Positions 9,579-17,087 of a stretch of 64,000 nt of DNA are shown here, piece by piece (positions within the stretch are counted from its first letter, which is position 1; the number at the start of each line of letters is the position of its first letter). The DNA is from Dehalococcoidia bacterium (GTDB lineage: Bacteria > Chloroflexota > Dehalococcoidia > Lucifugimonadales > Lucifugimonadaceae): assembly GCA_965232825.1 (NCBI GenBank), contig OZ247429.1:1568585-1632584 (forward strand), in the 5' to 3' direction. A program made the translations under genes and the position numbers. The notes under the pieces were generated by a model. It saw only the letters and a list, made by a program, of their open reading frames with translations. It was not told the DNA's origin and ran no database searches.

Positions 9579-11282
9579 TTACATCCGCTCCGGCGCGTTC
9601 ATCCCCATGATGTTGAGCGTGCCCTCAAGCACGATGCGCGCCGCATCAACCAGCAATAATCTGGCCTTTGTCAACTCCGCATCCGCCGGTTCGCTCGAGA
9701 TCACGCGGCACGCTTCGTAGAAGCGCTGCAACTCGCGCGCCACTTCGTATGCAAAGTGCGGCATGTGATGTGGTTCCAACAATTCAGCCGACCGAGCAAT
9801 TACATCCGGCAACTCGTTCAACCGACGCATCAGCGCCATCTCCCGCTCCTCGGTCAATAGTCCCACGTCACCGTCGTCGAATTCGATACCTCGATCCTTC
9901 GCGGCACGGAGCACCGCGCAGAGCCGCGCATGCGCGTACTGCACATAAAACACCGGGTTCTCCGCCGTCTCCGCTTTAGCCAACTCAAGGTCGAACTCCA
10001 TGTGAGTACCGGGTGTTCGCTCCATGAATATGTAGTGGCAGGCATCGGCACCCACCGCGTCCAGCAATTCGTCCGCACCGATGAAGTTGTCAGCCCGTTT
10101 GCTGAAACGAACCGCCTCACCCCCTTCTTTGAAATTAACGATCTGGTTGATGATGATCGTCAGATTGTCGGGTTCGACGCCCAGCGAATCGACCACCGCC
10201 TTCATCCTGGCAACGTGTCCATGGTGATCAGCCCCCCAAACATTGATGACGCGATCGAAACCTCGCTTCACGAATTTGTTGTAGTGGTATGCGATATCGG
10301 TTCCGAAATACGATGGCCCACGCTCCATCGAACGGATGATCACGCTATCGCTCTCGAGACCCACCTTAGTGCCCAGGAACCACAACGCACCCTCGCGCTC
10401 TGAGACGAAACCCCGGTCCTTCAGCAATTCCAACGATTCATTGAAATCTTCACCTTCAATCAACGATTTCTCGCTGAACCACTCGTCATACTCGATCCCC
10501 ATCTTCGACAACGTGGCGCGGATGTTAGCCAAAGTGCGATCCAAAGCCGTTTTCCCTATGACACCAATCGCATCGTCCTCGCTCATCTCAATCACTGTGT
10601 CACCAAACTCAGCGTACAACTCAGCGCCCAAGTCCGCGACGAATTCGCCCGGATAAGACTCCGCACCCAATTCAGCATCTTTTCCGGCTGCCTGCATGAA
10701 ACGAACATAGGCAGATTCCATATAGATGCGCATCTGATTGCCAGCGTCGTTGACGTAATACTCCCGCTGGACATCGAAACCCGCCGCATCCAAGATGTTC
10801 GCGATGCCGTTGCCGATCACCGCGCCCCGCACGTGCCCAATATGCAATGGTCCCGTAGGGTTCACGCTGACGAACTCGACCTGAACCTTCTGACCCGCCC
10901 CGATGTCGGAATGCGCGAACTTCACGCCCTGTTCGCGAATAACGTTAACCTGTGACCGGAGCCATTCGTCATCCAATCGGAAATTAATAAACCCCGGCCC
11001 CGCGATGCTCACATCGCAGACCATCGAGGAATGCTCAACGGATTCCACGATCTGGGCGGCGATCTCGCGCGGAGCCATTCGCATGCTCGAAGCCAAAGCC
11101 AGCGCAATGCTCGTGCTGTAATCCCCGTGCTCCGCGTGTTTCGGACGCTCAACCGTCGGAGTTACCTCCCCGATCTGCGGCAACGCATCCGCTGCAATCG
11201 CCGAATCGAGAGCCGAAACAACCATCTCTGCTATCTGTTTTTGCGGGTGCATAATATCCCAATCTGAAATACGTACGCGCAA
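9579..11282 (-). CDS. argS: Arginine--tRNA ligase
   Basis: 567-aa ORF with the class I HIGH motif (NPTGPLHIGHVRGAVIG) and an anticodon-binding C-terminus ending ...NIMGMNAPERM. The true start may be the internal Met at 11252 (MHPQKQIAEMV...). Confidence 0.95.
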   Translation of the reverse strand: MRVRISDWDIMHPQKQIAEMVVSALDSAIAADALPQIGEVTPTVERPKHAEHGDYSTSIALALASSMRMAPREIAAQIVESVEHSSMVCDVSIAGPGFINFRLDDEWLRSQVNVIREQGVKFAHSDIGAGQKVQVEFVSVNPTGPLHIGHVRGAVIGNGIANILDAAGFDVQREYYVNDAGNQMRIYMESAYVRFMQAAGKDAELGAESYPGEFVADLGAELYAEFGDTVIEMSEDDAIGVIGKTALDRTLANIRATLSKMGIEYDEWFSEKSLIEGEDFNESLELLKDRGFVSEREGALWFLGTKVGLESDSVIIRSMERGPSYFGTDIAYHYNKFVKRGFDRVINVWGADHHGHVARMKAVVDSLGVEPDNLTIIINQIVNFKEGGEAVRFSKRADNFIGADELLDAVGADACHYIFMERTPGTHMEFDLELAKAETAENPVFYVQYAHARLCAVLRAAKDRGIEFDDGDVGLLTEEREMALMRRLNELPDVIARSAELLEPHHMPHFAYEVARELQRFYEACRVISSEPADAELTKARLLLVDAARIVLEGTLNIMGMNAPERM

Positions 11283-11378
11283 GTCGATATTCTCGACCGC
11301 ACATGTATCCTGCTAACACACCAACTTCCGTACATATATAAGGATAAGAAAACGCGTTCGGTTGGCTCAGGTTAATCG

Positions 11379-11633
11379 ATGCCATCTCCTCCCATGACCG
11401 AATCAAAAATACCCCCCAACACAAGCCAACGTGCCGAAGATATCGCCAACGCTGGCGGTCGCGTCGGAATACCGATCTCCGACGAACACGCACAACTCGC
11501 CGCGCAGTGGGGCGACTCGCTCTATCAAGCCGCCAACGTCGTACGCGCCATCAACTACCAAGTCCACGAACCCTCCAACGTGTTCAATCCCATCGGATCC
11601 AACGACGATCTCCGCGAAAGGAACGACCGATGA
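11379..11633 (+). CDS. Small GatC/AtzG-like (DUF4089-like) putative amidase partner subunit
   Basis: 84-aa ORF whose stop overlaps the amidase start (ATGA at 11630-11633). The segment GIPISDEHAQLAAQWGDSLYQAANVVRAINYQVHEPSNVFNP matches the remembered pattern of AtzG-like small proteins (..l.i...w......l......a..v......eP..vF.P). Confidence 0.5.
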   Translation: MPSPPMTESKIPPNTSQRAEDIANAGGRVGIPISDEHAQLAAQWGDSLYQAANVVRAINYQVHEPSNVFNPIGSNDDLRERNDR

Positions 11634-13057
11634 GCAACGAGCGCACACAGTTGGCATTCGATTCGATCCACGAACTGGCTCCGAAAATCAAAGATGGATC
11701 GGTTTCACCGGTCGAGATCGCCGAGATCGCGCTCGAACGCACGGCGGTCCTCAATCCAAAGCTGAATGCCTTCCTCGACATCTGGCATGATGAAGCGCTT
11801 GCGGCAGCGACCAAAGCCGAAAGAGATATTGCGGACGGTCAATACTTGGGTCCGATGCACGGCATCCCGATCGGGCTCAAAGACCTCGTCGATGTCGCCG
11901 GCAAAGTGACCACTGGCGGCTCGAAAGTCCTCCAATCCAACATCGCCGCGCACGACGCAACCGTCACGGATCGTTTGAATCGCGCCGGCGCAATCCCTAT
12001 CGGCAAGACCAACCTTGTAGAGTTCGCGTTCGGAGCGGCTGGCGTGAATCCCTACACCGGAGATGCCCGTAACCCGTGGGACACCGACAAGATTACCGGT
12101 GGCTCAAGCAGCGGGTCCGGTGCTGGTGTCGCCGCCGGCATGGTCTACGCCGCACTCGGCTCCGACACCGGCGGAAGTATCCGGATGCCCGCATCGCTAT
12201 GCGGCATCGCAGGTCTGAAACCCACATACGGACGTGTCCCCCGCACCGGCGTCCTTGACCTCTGCTGGAGTTGTGACCACGTCGGACCAATGACCCGCCG
12301 AACCGCGGATTGCGCCCACATGCTCAACGTAATCGCCGGCCATGACCCGCTCGACATCGCTTCATCCACGCGCCCGGTTCCCGACTTCGCGGCAGATCTC
12401 GACAAGGGGCTCGACGGATTGCGCATCGGCCTCCCCGAACACTATTTCTTCGATCCCGAAATCGTCGATCCCGAAGTAGCCGCCGCAGTCAACACCGCCA
12501 TCGAGTTGCTGGCCAACAACGGCGCCGAGATCGTTTCCGTGCCGATGGATTGGGTATCGAACGGCAGGTCGATCAATATGATCATCACCCTCGCCGAAGC
12601 CACCGCGGTCCACGAAAAAATGCTCGCCGACCACGCCGATGACTACACCCCGGCAGTTCGAAGTCGCATCCAATCCGCGCTCGCAATGCCTGCCGTCGAC
12701 TACGTCCGCGCCCAACGCGCCCGCCAAGCCTTCTCCGTCGCCATGGCCGAGGCAACCAAAGACGTCGACGTCCTGGCTACGCCAACCGTACCGGTCCGCA
12801 CTGACACCATCGCCGAATGCACACCCGCGCCCGGCAAAGCCATCGCCGACAAAGGTGCCGAGATCCCGCTCTTTACATCCATCTTCGACGTCACTGGCGA
12901 ACCATCACTCTCCGTAATGTGCGGATTCGATTCCTCCAACATGCCCATCGGACTAATGATCACCGGCCACGCCTTCGACGAAACAACCGTTGTACGCGTA
13001 GGCCACGCCTACGAAGAGCTTGCCGGCTGGCACGCTCACAGACCTCCGATCTCCTAA
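11630..13057 (+). CDS. Amidase-signature enzyme (GatA/AtzE-like paralogue)
   Basis: Start placed at ATG 11630 (MSNERTQLAFDSIHELAPKIKDGSVSPVEIAE...). It has the amidase signature GGSSSGSGAGVAAGMVYAALGSDTGGSIRMPA and catalytic-Lys context GIPIGLKD. Confidence 0.85.
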   Translation: MSNERTQLAFDSIHELAPKIKDGSVSPVEIAEIALERTAVLNPKLNAFLDIWHDEALAAATKAERDIADGQYLGPMHGIPIGLKDLVDVAGKVTTGGSKVLQSNIAAHDATVTDRLNRAGAIPIGKTNLVEFAFGAAGVNPYTGDARNPWDTDKITGGSSSGSGAGVAAGMVYAALGSDTGGSIRMPASLCGIAGLKPTYGRVPRTGVLDLCWSCDHVGPMTRRTADCAHMLNVIAGHDPLDIASSTRPVPDFAADLDKGLDGLRIGLPEHYFFDPEIVDPEVAAAVNTAIELLANNGAEIVSVPMDWVSNGRSINMIITLAEATAVHEKMLADHADDYTPAVRSRIQSALAMPAVDYVRAQRARQAFSVAMAEATKDVDVLATPTVPVRTDTIAECTPAPGKAIADKGAEIPLFTSIFDVTGEPSLSVMCGFDSSNMPIGLMITGHAFDETTVVRVGHAYEELAGWHAHRPPIS

Positions 13058-13060
13058 CTT

Positions 13061-13088
13061 GTAGGGACAGGTTTCAAACCTGCCCGCC
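13061..13088. repeat. Palindromic intergenic element, family A copy (gtagggacaggtttcaaacctgcccgcc)
   Basis: Imperfect hairpin 4 nt after the amidase stop. Related copies lie at 16871-16899 and 38203-38231. Confidence 0.6.
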
Positions 13089-13174
13089 GGCGACAAGGAG
13101 CGATATCTCGACTGACGACCCAAACGACCAACGCCCATCATTCAAAATCATTCGCATCCTAGTTCGGCACACCC

Positions 13175-13765
13175 ATGCAAACCGAAAACGCATCCGCGCA
13201 CAACACAAAACGCACCCGACACGATCGCCACATCAACCGACCGTCGATGCGTAAAGATCGCGGCTTCGCCTGCATCGGACTCGACCGACCAACAGACCCC
13301 GTCAATGTCGGCCATGCGCTCCGCGCCGCATTTTGTTTCGACGCGAGATTGGTCATCATCGGCGGCGAAACCCCAAATATCCGACTTTCTAAACTGACCA
13401 CCGATCCCATGCGGTCCTACCGACACATCCCAGTCATCAAATCGAAAAACCTGCTCAAAGCAGTCCCTGAAGACACCACCGTTGTCGGTATCGAACTCTG
13501 TGACGACGCCTCAACTCTTGTGGAATTCAAACATCCCGAACGCGCCTGCTACATCTTCGGTCCCGAAAACGGCATCCTTTCCGACGAAATTCTCGACCGA
13601 TGCACACACAAGGTCATGATCCCTACGATGGCATCCCTAAACCTCGGAATGACCGTGAACATCGTCATGTACGACCGACTCGCAAAAGCGTGGCCAAAGC
13701 TGGTTGCGCGGCCCGCATGGGGCGAACCTTCAACTGCGGACGTGGATGTCGGGACCAACCCGTGA
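13175..13765 (+). CDS. SpoU/TrmH-family RNA 2'-O-methyltransferase-like protein
   Basis: It carries the C-terminal SPOUT knot motifs (CYIFGPENGILSDEILDRCTHKVMIPTMASLNLGMTVNIVMYD). The real start is probably the internal Met at 13247 (MRKDRGFACIGL...). Confidence 0.75.
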   Translation: MQTENASAHNTKRTRHDRHINRPSMRKDRGFACIGLDRPTDPVNVGHALRAAFCFDARLVIIGGETPNIRLSKLTTDPMRSYRHIPVIKSKNLLKAVPEDTTVVGIELCDDASTLVEFKHPERACYIFGPENGILSDEILDRCTHKVMIPTMASLNLGMTVNIVMYDRLAKAWPKLVARPAWGEPSTADVDVGTNP

Positions 13766-13774
13766 ATCTCCGCG

Positions 13775-14087
13775 AAAGCCGTCATTCCCGCGAGACTCCG
13801 TCATTCCAGCGCACGCGGGAACCCAGAGGGGCGGTGCAAAACCGCCGCCAATCCGGCGAAACTCCGTCATTCCAGCACACGCGGGAACCCAGAGGGGCGA
13901 TGCAAAACCAACGTCATTCCCGCGAAACTCCGTCATTCCAGCGCACGCGGGAACCCAGAGGGGCGGTGCAAAACCAACGTCATTCCGGCGAAACTCCGTC
14001 ATTCCGGCGCACACGGGAAGCCAGAGGGGCCGTGCACGACCACCGTCATTCCGGCGAAAGCCGGAATCCAGAGGGGCGGAGCATTCG
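13775..14087. repeat. Tandem array of 66-bp units (family B REP-like element), ~4.4 copies
   Basis: Units start at 13798, 13864, 13930 and 13996 (exact 66-bp period), with partial copies at both ends. Unit: ccgtcattccagcgcacgcgggaacccagaggggcggtgcaaaaccaacgtcattcccgcgaaact. Each unit contains the inverted repeat ttccNgcg..cgcgggaa. Confidence 0.9.
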
Positions 14088-14099
14088 CTCAAAATAGCT

Positions 14100-15425
14100 A
14101 TGCGAACAACCCGCATGAAAGGCGTCTACTACGGCTGGTATATGCTGGCCGGCGCATCCTTGATGAATGCCTTCGGTGGCACCATCGTCTGGCAAGGCTT
14201 CGCCGTCTTCTTTATCCCGGTTGCCGAAACGCTTGGGATCACTTATTGGCAGACCTCTCTCGCATTCGCACTCGCCCGCGCCGAAAACGGCGTACTCGGA
14301 CCAATCACCGGATGGGCACTCGACAGATTCGGTTACATGCCCCTCATCTTGGGCGGCACCATCATCACCGGCGTCGGCTACATTATCCTCTCGCAGGCGG
14401 AGACATATATCGCCTTCATGCTCATATATCTCTTCGTCATTTCCATCGGATCGTCAACCTCCTTCATGCAGGCCACAACCGCGGCCCTCAACACGTGGTT
14501 CATTCGATATCGCGGCCTAGTCATGTCCATCAACAGCGCCGCGTTTCGGGCTGGCGGCGCGATCATGATCCCGCTCATTTCCGTTGGCGTCATAAATCTC
14601 GGCTGGCAGACAACCTCTTGGATCATCGGTGCCGCCCTGATCGTCTTCGTCGCACCCCTAGGATTATTGTTCCGACGATCGCCCGAAAGCATGGGTCTGA
14701 AACCCGATGGCGGTGTTTCCCTATTCCACATGCGACGGCGTCTCCGCAGAAACGACAGAACGCAGAAACGGTCATCTGCAACCGAGCAGGACGACCTTTC
14801 GCAATCCTCCGGCTCAAACGCGAACCCGGAACGCAATTTCACCACCAAGCAGGCGTTGAGAACTCCGTCGTTCTGGGTGTTGGTGTTGGCAACCACATTG
14901 CGAATGTCGGTTCACGGCACCATCTTCCTCCACTTCATTCCCATCCTCGTATGGCGCGGCGAAACCCAACAAACATCCGCCAACCTCGTCGGCCTCATAT
15001 CCCTGTCCGCAGTACCAGTAATCCTATTCACCGGCTACATCAGCGACCGCGTTGGACGACCACTATTGCTCACCTTCCTCTACAGCGCCTCCGCCGTCAG
15101 CTTGCTTCTCATGACGCTCGTAGAAGGCACCTGGCCGATATTCATGGCAATGCTGCTCTTCACCGGCTCCGAAGCTGGCAGCTCCCTCAACTGGGCCATC
15201 ATCGGCGACCTCTTCGGACGCGCCCGTTACGCCACCATCCGCGGCATGATGGCACCCATCTACAACCTCGCCCTCATCATCGCCCCCGTAGCCGCCGGCT
15301 ACACCTTCGACCGCCTCGGCACCTACCAACCCGTCCTTGTCGCCGGCACCATCCTAATGTTCATCGCGGCGCTCGTGTTCCTTGTTTTGCAACCAGCAGT
15401 GAAACGGGCGCGGCGACTCGGCTGA
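14100..15425 (+). CDS. MFS transporter (OFA-like subgroup by appearance)
   Basis: Start placed at ATG 14100 (MRTTRMKGVYYGWYMLAGASLMNAFGG...). It has ~12 hydrophobic segments with a central hydrophilic loop. The upstream part of track ORF 13704.. is only a translation of the repeat array. Confidence 0.85.
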   Translation: MRTTRMKGVYYGWYMLAGASLMNAFGGTIVWQGFAVFFIPVAETLGITYWQTSLAFALARAENGVLGPITGWALDRFGYMPLILGGTIITGVGYIILSQAETYIAFMLIYLFVISIGSSTSFMQATTAALNTWFIRYRGLVMSINSAAFRAGGAIMIPLISVGVINLGWQTTSWIIGAALIVFVAPLGLLFRRSPESMGLKPDGGVSLFHMRRRLRRNDRTQKRSSATEQDDLSQSSGSNANPERNFTTKQALRTPSFWVLVLATTLRMSVHGTIFLHFIPILVWRGETQQTSANLVGLISLSAVPVILFTGYISDRVGRPLLLTFLYSASAVSLLLMTLVEGTWPIFMAMLLFTGSEAGSSLNWAIIGDLFGRARYATIRGMMAPIYNLALIIAPVAAGYTFDRLGTYQPVLVAGTILMFIAALVFLVLQPAVKRARRLG

Positions 15426-15464
15426 TCGAAACTTCGCAGTCCTCGGGCGTCATCTAAGACGATT

Positions 15465-15541
15465 GCAAAACTCCGTCATTCCGGCGAAAGCCAGCGCTTC
15501 AGCGGACGGAACGTCCATCCAGACGGGCGATGCAATCGGGG
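15465..15541. repeat. Degenerate family B repeat unit downstream of the MFS gene
   Basis: gcaaaactccgtcattccggcgaaagcc...atccagacgggcgatgcaatcgggg aligns to the 66-bp unit of the 13775-14087 array. Confidence 0.5.
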
Positions 15542-15664
15542 CCCGGCCGCCGAAACAATCACTTCGTCAACCCGATTAAGGGTTTTGCAAAGATCTCCGT
15601 CATCCAAGAGAGAAAATCAGCGCGATATCGCAGACGGGTTGATGCGGAGCGATCACAAAAAGAA

Positions 15665-15741
15665 TGGTCGGGGCAACAGGATTTGAACCTGTGACCTCTT
15701 GACCCCCAGTCAAGTGCGCTACCAGGCTGCGCCATGCCCCG
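15665..15741 (-). tRNA. tRNA-Pro (anticodon GGG), CCA encoded
   Basis: The reverse complement reads CGGGGCATGGCGCAGCCTGGTAGCGCACTTGACTGGGGGTCAAGAGGTCACAGGTTCAAATCCTGTTGCCCCGACCA. This folds as a cloverleaf with a 7-bp acceptor stem, anticodon stem CTTGA/TCAAG, loop CTGGGGG, and T-loop TTCAAAT. Confidence 0.93.
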
Positions 15742-15826
15742 ACGCAGTACCACAAAGTCTATAAAAACGCAGCTCCCCCAACCTATCCGTCACCCCTTCA
15801 CACACGACGTAGAGGATGTGCGCCCA

Positions 15827-15922
15827 ACCCTCCCCCTCGATGCCCAAGCGGGAACTAAAGGGGGTTAGATTCGGCGTGCCGCACAAATCCCGTCATACCC
15901 GCGCACGCGGGTATCCAGAGGG
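15827..15922. repeat. Composite repeat: family C copy 2 followed by a family B hairpin
   Basis: accctccccctcgatgcccaagcgggaactaaagggggttagattcggcgtgccg is family C. It is followed by cccgtcatacccgcgcacgcgggtatccagaggg, which is family B. Confidence 0.7.
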
Positions 15923-16168
15923 AGCAACGAACGTAGAGTCGGTTCGCTCTATTCGCTGATACACACATCCTAGAATAAGAATGGGCGAAGGTCGCCTAGC
16001 AAGCGTAATCGTGTTGCATCAGGAATAGCATTAGGCTTCAACTGAACCCTCGATGCGACATTCGCTTCGCCCTAAAGCCCTATGCTCGGTGTCGGTAAGG
16101 GCTACCACTCATTGTAACCCGCTTGGATCATCCCCATCATTCCCAATCCTTCAAATCCTAGTTCACAC

Positions 16169-16196
16169 TTGACAAACGATACATTAGTGCTAATAT
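16169..16196 (+). promoter_or_regulatory. Near-consensus sigma70-type promoter (TTGACA-N16-TGcTAATAT)
   Basis: ttgaca aacgatacattagtgc taatat gives a perfect -35, a 5/6 -10 and an extended -10 TG. It lies in an ORF-free region pointing toward 16200-17087. Confidence 0.4.
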
Positions 16197-16735
16197 AAGA
16201 ACTGTTAACAACAAACATCGCCGCGCCGACGGGTGCGGATACGACCTCAACTAGACCCTGCCGACAAAAACCCGAGACCCAGCCCAAGACCGTGAACGCA
16301 ACACCACAAGAGCTACACAGTCTAAGACTGATCTCGGCATCCTTGAGCAAACAAGATGCAACGTCGGGAGGGACCGTTAGAAGCGAACGCTGCTACAAGG
16401 TCCAGTCGCGTCGCCAATGGCAGGCGCCGCAACACGAGCCAGACAACCGTACCACGCACGTGGTACCAACGTCCAAGGGCTGGGCGAACGTTCGTGAATC
16501 CGGCAGACGTCGGCCCTCGAAAACAAACAGGGCGCGGCTACAGCACCAGCTCGGGACTAACCGAGCGATGGAGAGCGGCACAGCTCAAGCAGCCGAACTC
16601 CGGGCCCACGGCCTGGCAACGTGGGCAGACGCTGGAATTAAAGGACGGGCCCACGTCCAATCCCCGCAAGCGCGGCGATGAAAAACCATTCGGCTTGCCC
16701 CCGTTAAAAGGGACAACGTCCGAGAACCATCCGGG

Positions 16736-16757
16736 TTTCCCCCGCTAGCGGGGGAAA
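16736..16757. other. Perfect 22-nt palindrome / strong hairpin (tttcccccgc ta gcgggggaaa)
   Basis: It has 10-nt perfectly complementary arms and no flanking U-tract on either strand, so it is not a canonical intrinsic terminator. Confidence 0.5.
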
Positions 16758-16779
16758 TGTCCGAAGGACAAAGGAGGCA

Positions 16780-17040
16780 CACCACCCCCACCAACCAACC
16801 AAAACCTGCCACCCCCCGCAGGCCATACCAACACACCCTCCTCCCCTTCGCAAAGCGAAAGCGACGCGACGTAGGGGCGGGTTTCAAACCCGCCCTCGCA
16901 CGCAGGGGATGCACGAAAACCACCAATCCACCAACCCCACATCCCCTCCATCCTGTCCATCCATGTAAATTCCCCCAACCCATCATTCCAATCATCAAAA
17001 ATCATGGCAATCATAGTTCAAACCGGCCCTCGCCTAAAAT
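16780..17040 (+). promoter_or_regulatory. Extremely C-rich / G-poor tract (rut-like) upstream of hisS
   Basis: Hand counts: 16781-16860 has 42 C versus 7 G in 80 nt, and 16921-17000 has 37 C versus 2 G in 80 nt. The tract is interrupted only by the family A palindrome at 16871-16899. Confidence 0.3.
16871..16899. repeat. Palindromic intergenic element, family A copy (gtaggggcgggtttcaaacccgccctcgc)
   Basis: Same core as the copies at 13061 and 38203. Confidence 0.6.
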
Positions 17041-17087
17041 CCCGCCCATCCCGGTTCAGACAATCGAGAGCATAGAATCGATGACGA

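Noticed and set aside
13775-14087. Possible CRISPR array (regular repeats with a palindromic core)
   Set aside because: The whole 66-bp unit repeats head-to-tail with no unique spacers. There are no cas genes in the window. The unit belongs to a dispersed REP-like family seen elsewhere (15465, 15889, 52751).
13600-14116. Track ORFs 13600..14097 (+), 13704.. N-terminal part, and 13730..14116 (-)
   Set aside because: They are translations of the 66-bp repeat array (22-aa periodic pseudo-peptide ETPSFQRTREPRGAVQNQRHSG) and not genes. The MFS gene starts at 14100.
14246-15457. 403-aa alternative-frame ORF overlapping the MFS gene; similar cases at 37485..38171, 41818..42636, 43018..43689, 33157..33876, 61315..62085, 30276..30983, 20347..20979
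   Set aside because: They have extreme Arg/His/Pro composition and no motifs, and each overlaps a well-supported gene in another frame or strand.
16459-16470. T-box leader for hisS (CGTGGTACCAACG resembles the T-box GGTGGTACCGCG core)
   Set aside because: It lies ~620 nt upstream of hisS and is part of a simple palindrome (gtaccacg ca cgtggtac). I could identify no specifier loop, stem I or terminator/antiterminator arrangement.
16583-16594. RNase P RNA (minus strand shows CCCGGAGTTCGGCTGCTTGAGC, resembling the P15-P18 region of type A RNase P)
   Set aside because: The other universally conserved blocks (GAGGAAAGTCC, GGTAAGAGCGCACC, ACAGAACCCGGCTTA) are absent on either strand.
16292-16748. 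Two overlapping ORFs (129 and 130 aa). The first contains HVVPTSKGWANVRESG...AELRAHG, faintly reminiscent of DUF2188 proteins
   Set aside because: Only a short motif resemblance. There is no start codon near the motif (the track start is a GTG 50 codons upstream with no SD), the composition is Arg-rich, and the C-terminal half does not fit in any single frame. At best it is a decayed remnant, so it is not called as a CDS.
15950-16760. tmRNA, SRP RNA or 6S RNA in the ORF-free region
   Set aside because: I found no tRNA-like 3' end (GGTTCGAATCC...CCA), no tag-peptide reading frame ending in ..AA-stop, and no SRP domain IV motif (GGAAGGAAGCAGC). 6S cannot be excluded by eye.
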